From: Anaerolineales bacterium
Lineage (GTDB): Bacteria; Chloroflexota; Anaerolineae; Anaerolineales; E44-bin32
DNA length: 40,924 nucleotides
NCBI GenBank assembly: GCA_041821665.1
Contig: JBGUDT010000003.1
Location: 71,403-112,326, forward strand
Reading direction: 5' to 3'
Of the stretch, positions 37,582 through 40,924 are shown in pieces; within the stretch, counting starts at the first letter, position 1; each line of letters opens with the position of its first letter. The notes under the pieces were generated by a model. The model did not search any database. It worked only from the letters and a program-made list of their open reading frames with translations, and was not told where the DNA came from. The translations under genes were made by a program, and so were the position numbers.

Positions 37582-37834
37582 AAAATGTTTGGTGTTTAGA
37601 GACCATCTTCTGGAATACAACAAACGGGATAGTAATACGTCCAGAGGGCTGCTATGATTCTGTCTGATTTTCAAGTATTTTCCGCGCATCAGCGGAATTT
37701 CCCTCTAAAACAGAATCCACGCCCATCCGCTTCTATCACAAACCGTCACACAAAAATAAGAATTTATATACGAATTGGATAAACACCTTTGTCCGGCGGG
37801 TTTCCACATTTAGACATGGGGTCGTAAAAGACCA

Positions 37835-37867
37835 AGGTCGTTGGTTCGATCCCTGCACGGCGCACAA
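37835..37867 (+). pseudogene. Degenerate tRNA 3' half (Lys-like), probable att-site remnant
   Basis: AGGTC GTTGG TTCGATC CCTGC ACGGCGC A CAA = variable loop, T-arm, acceptor strand and discriminator; T-stem mismatch, CAA instead of CCA, no 5' half. Confidence 0.7.
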
Positions 37868-38099
37868 CGAATTCCCGCATAATTGGCGGGAGATTTACCT
37901 TCAGTGTCATCTCTTATCAAATTTAAGGGTAGTCTCACCAGCCGAGATGTTTTAAGCTCAAATTTCCGGCGTTTGTAAAGTGGTATATTGTATGGTTCAC
38001 TGGTTTTCATCGAGGGTATCTTCGTGCCACCGCAGAAGCTGGGCCCATAGGCATCGGACAATCAGTCAGCCCTGGATATACGCAGAGGAGAGGATAACG

Positions 38100-38678
38100 T
38101 TGGATTCAATTACAATTCTTCAGAAACAATTTGCAAGCATATTTGCGATCTTCCAAAGCATTGTTGGGGATCTCACAGAAAACGAGATGGTTGCGCGACC
38201 CGCTCCGGGGCAGAACATGATCGGTTATACGGTCTGGCATATGCCTCGAACTCTAGATGCGCATGTTCAAACATGGATTCGAGGCGTGCCCGAAGTTGTC
38301 CATGGCGAGGGCTGGTCGGATTGGAAGCCTCTCAAGCACCTGGGCTACGGCGTAGGCGTTTCGCTGAAGGAAGCAGATGAGATCGCCCACACCGTAAAAG
38401 TTCCCGATGTGCTGAAGTATGCGGATGAGGTGCACCACGAAATCACGACCTGGCTGCAGCGTCTAGACGAACGGGACTTGGACCAGATGCCGGAGATATC
38501 AAAGCACCTCTCTCAATACCCCGAGTATCAGACTGAAGGCCTCCGTAGGGAAGCAGGAGATCTGTTTGAACAGCCGACTTGGCCTCATTTGCTGTACCCG
38601 TGCATCGGTCATATTCAACGGCATCTGGGTGAATTGGAGATCATAAAAGCCATCATTCGAACAAACGATGAGCGCTGA
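38100..38678 (+). CDS. DinB/YfiT family protein
   Basis: TTG start after GGAGAGG; N.IG..VWHM and HIQRHLGEL metal-binding His pattern. Confidence 0.8.
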   Translation: MDSITILQKQFASIFAIFQSIVGDLTENEMVARPAPGQNMIGYTVWHMPRTLDAHVQTWIRGVPEVVHGEGWSDWKPLKHLGYGVGVSLKEADEIAHTVKVPDVLKYADEVHHEITTWLQRLDERDLDQMPEISKHLSQYPEYQTEGLRREAGDLFEQPTWPHLLYPCIGHIQRHLGELEIIKAIIRTNDER

Positions 38679-38939
38679 AAGATAGCGACGCTTACCATAT
38701 CGCTGGAGTGGACGGCAAATTCGCATCCACCAAATAGCATATCTCTTGTAACCGCAAGGAGATCCTGTGACCTTGACGTGGGCTTGAGATGGTCGCTCAG
38801 CTCAAGACCACGAACCTCCGTCAAGATTTTTTCTACGAACAGGAACAACACCTCTGTCCAGAAGGTTATCTGCTTTTCTCCCCACGACACAACGTCTCAA
38901 TAACTGTTCATATTCGTATTTCGACGCCCAAAACAGAGC

Positions 38940-39914
38940 TCAAGCCAGCTTCACAAGTACAAATAGCCGTGGAGCGAGGTACGCACCCCAAAATCCAGCC
39001 GTCGCATACCTTAAATAGCGCAGCGTGTTCGATAGCACATCTTCACCGCTTGGAAAAATCACCCTCAATCCGTAGAAGATCACGGCCATCCCGATCAGAC
39101 CTAATACGTAGCGCCCCAGGCGTCTCGACCATGCGCCTCCAGCGTCGAATTTTCCCCATCGGAACAGAAGCACGCCTCCGGCAGCAATTCCGAGTATCGT
39201 GCCCGAAGTTGCGACAGCGCCATCCAAGGACAATGGATCGATGGCATCGCCTCCAGTTGCCAGAACTGCGTTTGTCTCCCAGATCGCCGGGACCGTCACC
39301 GGCGCGAGAAAAGCTCGAGATATAAAGTTCAATCCAAGCAGGGAGATGGATAACAGGAGGCACAGCGCTAGAAGAACCCCAAGGGAGCGGTGAGCCAGAA
39401 TCTCCCGGATCCGATCTTCATATCTCAGGAAGATGAATAGAATAACCCCCGCGATGATCCAGCCTACGAACGTATCCATCGGGAAATGCACACCCAGGAA
39501 CCAGCGGGATATCGAAATGACAAAAATGAGGGCGCTGAGCATGATGGACACCCACCGAATCCGGATCCAGAAAGCCAATCTTCCCCATATCGCAAGGGCG
39601 TTTTGAGCGTGTCCAGATGGAAGACCGAAGCTCGTCTCAGAAGAGTAAGCGATGACCTCCCTGCTCACCCAATAGGGTCGAGGAAGTCCGAAGGCAAGTT
39701 TGAAGGCGGAATTAAGCCCGGCGCTTGTAAGCAGAATCAATCCGATGCGGATCCCCAACCCGGCATTGAAGCACCAGATCAACACGGGCATGAAAATCAA
39801 ATAGAAATCCTCGCCGCCGAGAAAGGAAAATAATTGCATCGGTGCAACGAGCCACTCGCTCCAGCTTTGGAGCCAGGTGATGAAGGGTATTCCCCAATCG
39901 ACAAATGAATTCAT
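38940..39914 (-). CDS. PAP2-family membrane phosphatase
   Basis: K......RPYW, PSGHAQ, SRWFLGVHFP.D; multi-TM. Start 39914 fits RBS AGGAG; 39920 is possible. Confidence 0.9.
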   Translation of the reverse strand: MNSFVDWGIPFITWLQSWSEWLVAPMQLFSFLGGEDFYLIFMPVLIWCFNAGLGIRIGLILLTSAGLNSAFKLAFGLPRPYWVSREVIAYSSETSFGLPSGHAQNALAIWGRLAFWIRIRWVSIMLSALIFVISISRWFLGVHFPMDTFVGWIIAGVILFIFLRYEDRIREILAHRSLGVLLALCLLLSISLLGLNFISRAFLAPVTVPAIWETNAVLATGGDAIDPLSLDGAVATSGTILGIAAGGVLLFRWGKFDAGGAWSRRLGRYVLGLIGMAVIFYGLRVIFPSGEDVLSNTLRYLRYATAGFWGAYLAPRLFVLVKLA

Positions 39915-39968
39915 AATCATTCTCCTGTGGTTGAATCGATAGGCTGTGTGCGATGGTCGCCAGAATGG

Positions 39969-40739
39969 TCAGGCTTTCTCAGTCATCACACGGGCTATAA
40001 AACTGGATGTAAATCGAAAGACTTCATCCCGTTTTGCGTCCCTGGTGACATTATGACCACTGCCTTCGATTATGATCAAATTCTTGTCTGATGAAGCGAC
40101 TGAATCCAGGATTTTCTGAGCATCACCAAGTGGTATGCTCCCATCATCACTGGAAAAAATCAACTGAAGAGGGACGGTCAGGTTAGGAAGCTCTTCTCGC
40201 ATTACCGACAATAGATCATACAATTCGGCCCCACCACGAACGGGACTGCGATCATAGACTGAGTGCGTCATCTCGGCTTCTTTATCCTGCCAATCTGAGG
40301 GTCCCCTTTTTGAATAGCGCCATACTTTGCTGAGCACCGGAACTAAGGGACGCAATTGATCTGAATATTTAATGGGGATCGTATACGGTACGGCCATTGC
40401 GCATACGCCTTCAACACGATGCCTTGATCCAAGTAAAAGGGAAAGGGCGCCCCCCATGGATAGTCCGATAATGAAGATATGGGAACACATATCGCTTAAT
40501 TGATAATAACCATCCATCGCGGAATTAACCCAATCCCACCATCTCGAGCGATTCAAGTCTTTGAAATGCGTGCCGTGCCCGAAGAGGCGAGGCCCGAGCA
40601 CAGAATAGCCTTCTTCAGCGAGGTGCTCCCCCATCTCCCTCATCTCATAAGGGGTTCCTGGAAAGCCGTGTAAGAGCAAACAGCCTGTGTCGTTTCCTTT
40701 GAACAAGAAAGGCTTCGCGATGGGCTGAATTTCGTTCAC
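39969..40739 (-). CDS. Carboxylesterase (alpha/beta hydrolase)
   Basis: LLHGF.G, GLSMGG nucleophile elbow, DD.SI, SGH; RBS GGAGG. Confidence 0.9.
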   Translation of the reverse strand: MNEIQPIAKPFLFKGNDTGCLLLHGFPGTPYEMREMGEHLAEEGYSVLGPRLFGHGTHFKDLNRSRWWDWVNSAMDGYYQLSDMCSHIFIIGLSMGGALSLLLGSRHRVEGVCAMAVPYTIPIKYSDQLRPLVPVLSKVWRYSKRGPSDWQDKEAEMTHSVYDRSPVRGGAELYDLLSVMREELPNLTVPLQLIFSSDDGSIPLGDAQKILDSVASSDKNLIIIEGSGHNVTRDAKRDEVFRFTSSFIARVMTEKA

Positions 40740-40924
40740 GCGATGACCTCCAATTCCCTTGGCAACGTGCTGAGGCTCCGACCACTATATTCGGTCACGA
40801 GCATGTCATCTTCGATTCGTACGCCCCCCTTCTGTGGGAGATATATGCCGGGTTCAACTGTAAATGTCATACCCTTGGTTAATGTTCGTTCATTATCCTC
40901 GCGTATGTAGGGGGGTTCATGGGT
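40736..40924 (-). CDS. Xaa-Pro peptidase (M24 family), C-terminal fragment
   Basis: Own translation [44 protein letters not shown]...EVIA*; GTGA overlap with the esterase start. Confidence 0.92.
   Translation of the reverse strand, partial: THEPPYIREDNERTLTKGMTFTVEPGIYLPQKGGVRIEDDMLVTEYSGRSLSTLPRELEVIA

Noticed and set aside
37810-37867. Intact tRNA gene
   Set aside because: No D-arm or 5' acceptor strand, mismatched T-stem, irregular anticodon-arm spacing.
38750-38763. TAACCGCAAGGAG, resembling a 16S rRNA segment
   Set aside because: Too short, with no flanking rRNA similarity.
38789-39325. 178-aa + strand ORF
   Set aside because: Mostly antisense to the PAP2 gene; no RBS or motifs.

Overview
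A 40.9-kb, gene-dense, mostly housekeeping stretch of a bacterial chromosome. Gene content and protein style suggest Chloroflexota, probably Anaerolineae; this is an inference, as no search was run. It holds about 33 CDSs, including rimO, rodZ, rplI, a GAF/PAS histidine kinase with response regulator, an MglA/CvnD-like GTPase with a DUF4388 partner, glgP, a PIG-L deacetylase, yjbQ, a diguanylate cyclase, fabI, mpg, a class A PBP, a GH63-like hydrolase, amrA and an EF-G2 paralog. I found no rRNA, intact tRNA, CRISPR array, transposase or integrase. Signals the ORF track misses: (1) a membrane-anchored thioredoxin split by an in-frame UGA at the first Cys position of its redox motif (UMAC), followed by a SECIS-like hairpin. 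It is a likely selenoprotein and heads a translationally coupled operon with a TPMT/thiol-type methyltransferase and a metalloenzyme. (2) A large DNA-methyltransferase-like protein with degenerate catalytic motifs. (3) A consensus promoter, ~95-nt leader and intrinsic terminator upstream of a small gene (candidate attenuator or sRNA). (4) A 37-bp (up to ~80-bp) repeat present twice, each downstream of a gene. (5) A decayed tRNA 3' half beside an AT-rich islet (att-site scar). (6) An internally deleted REC/GGDEF-like remnant. (7) Several apparently leaderless genes.
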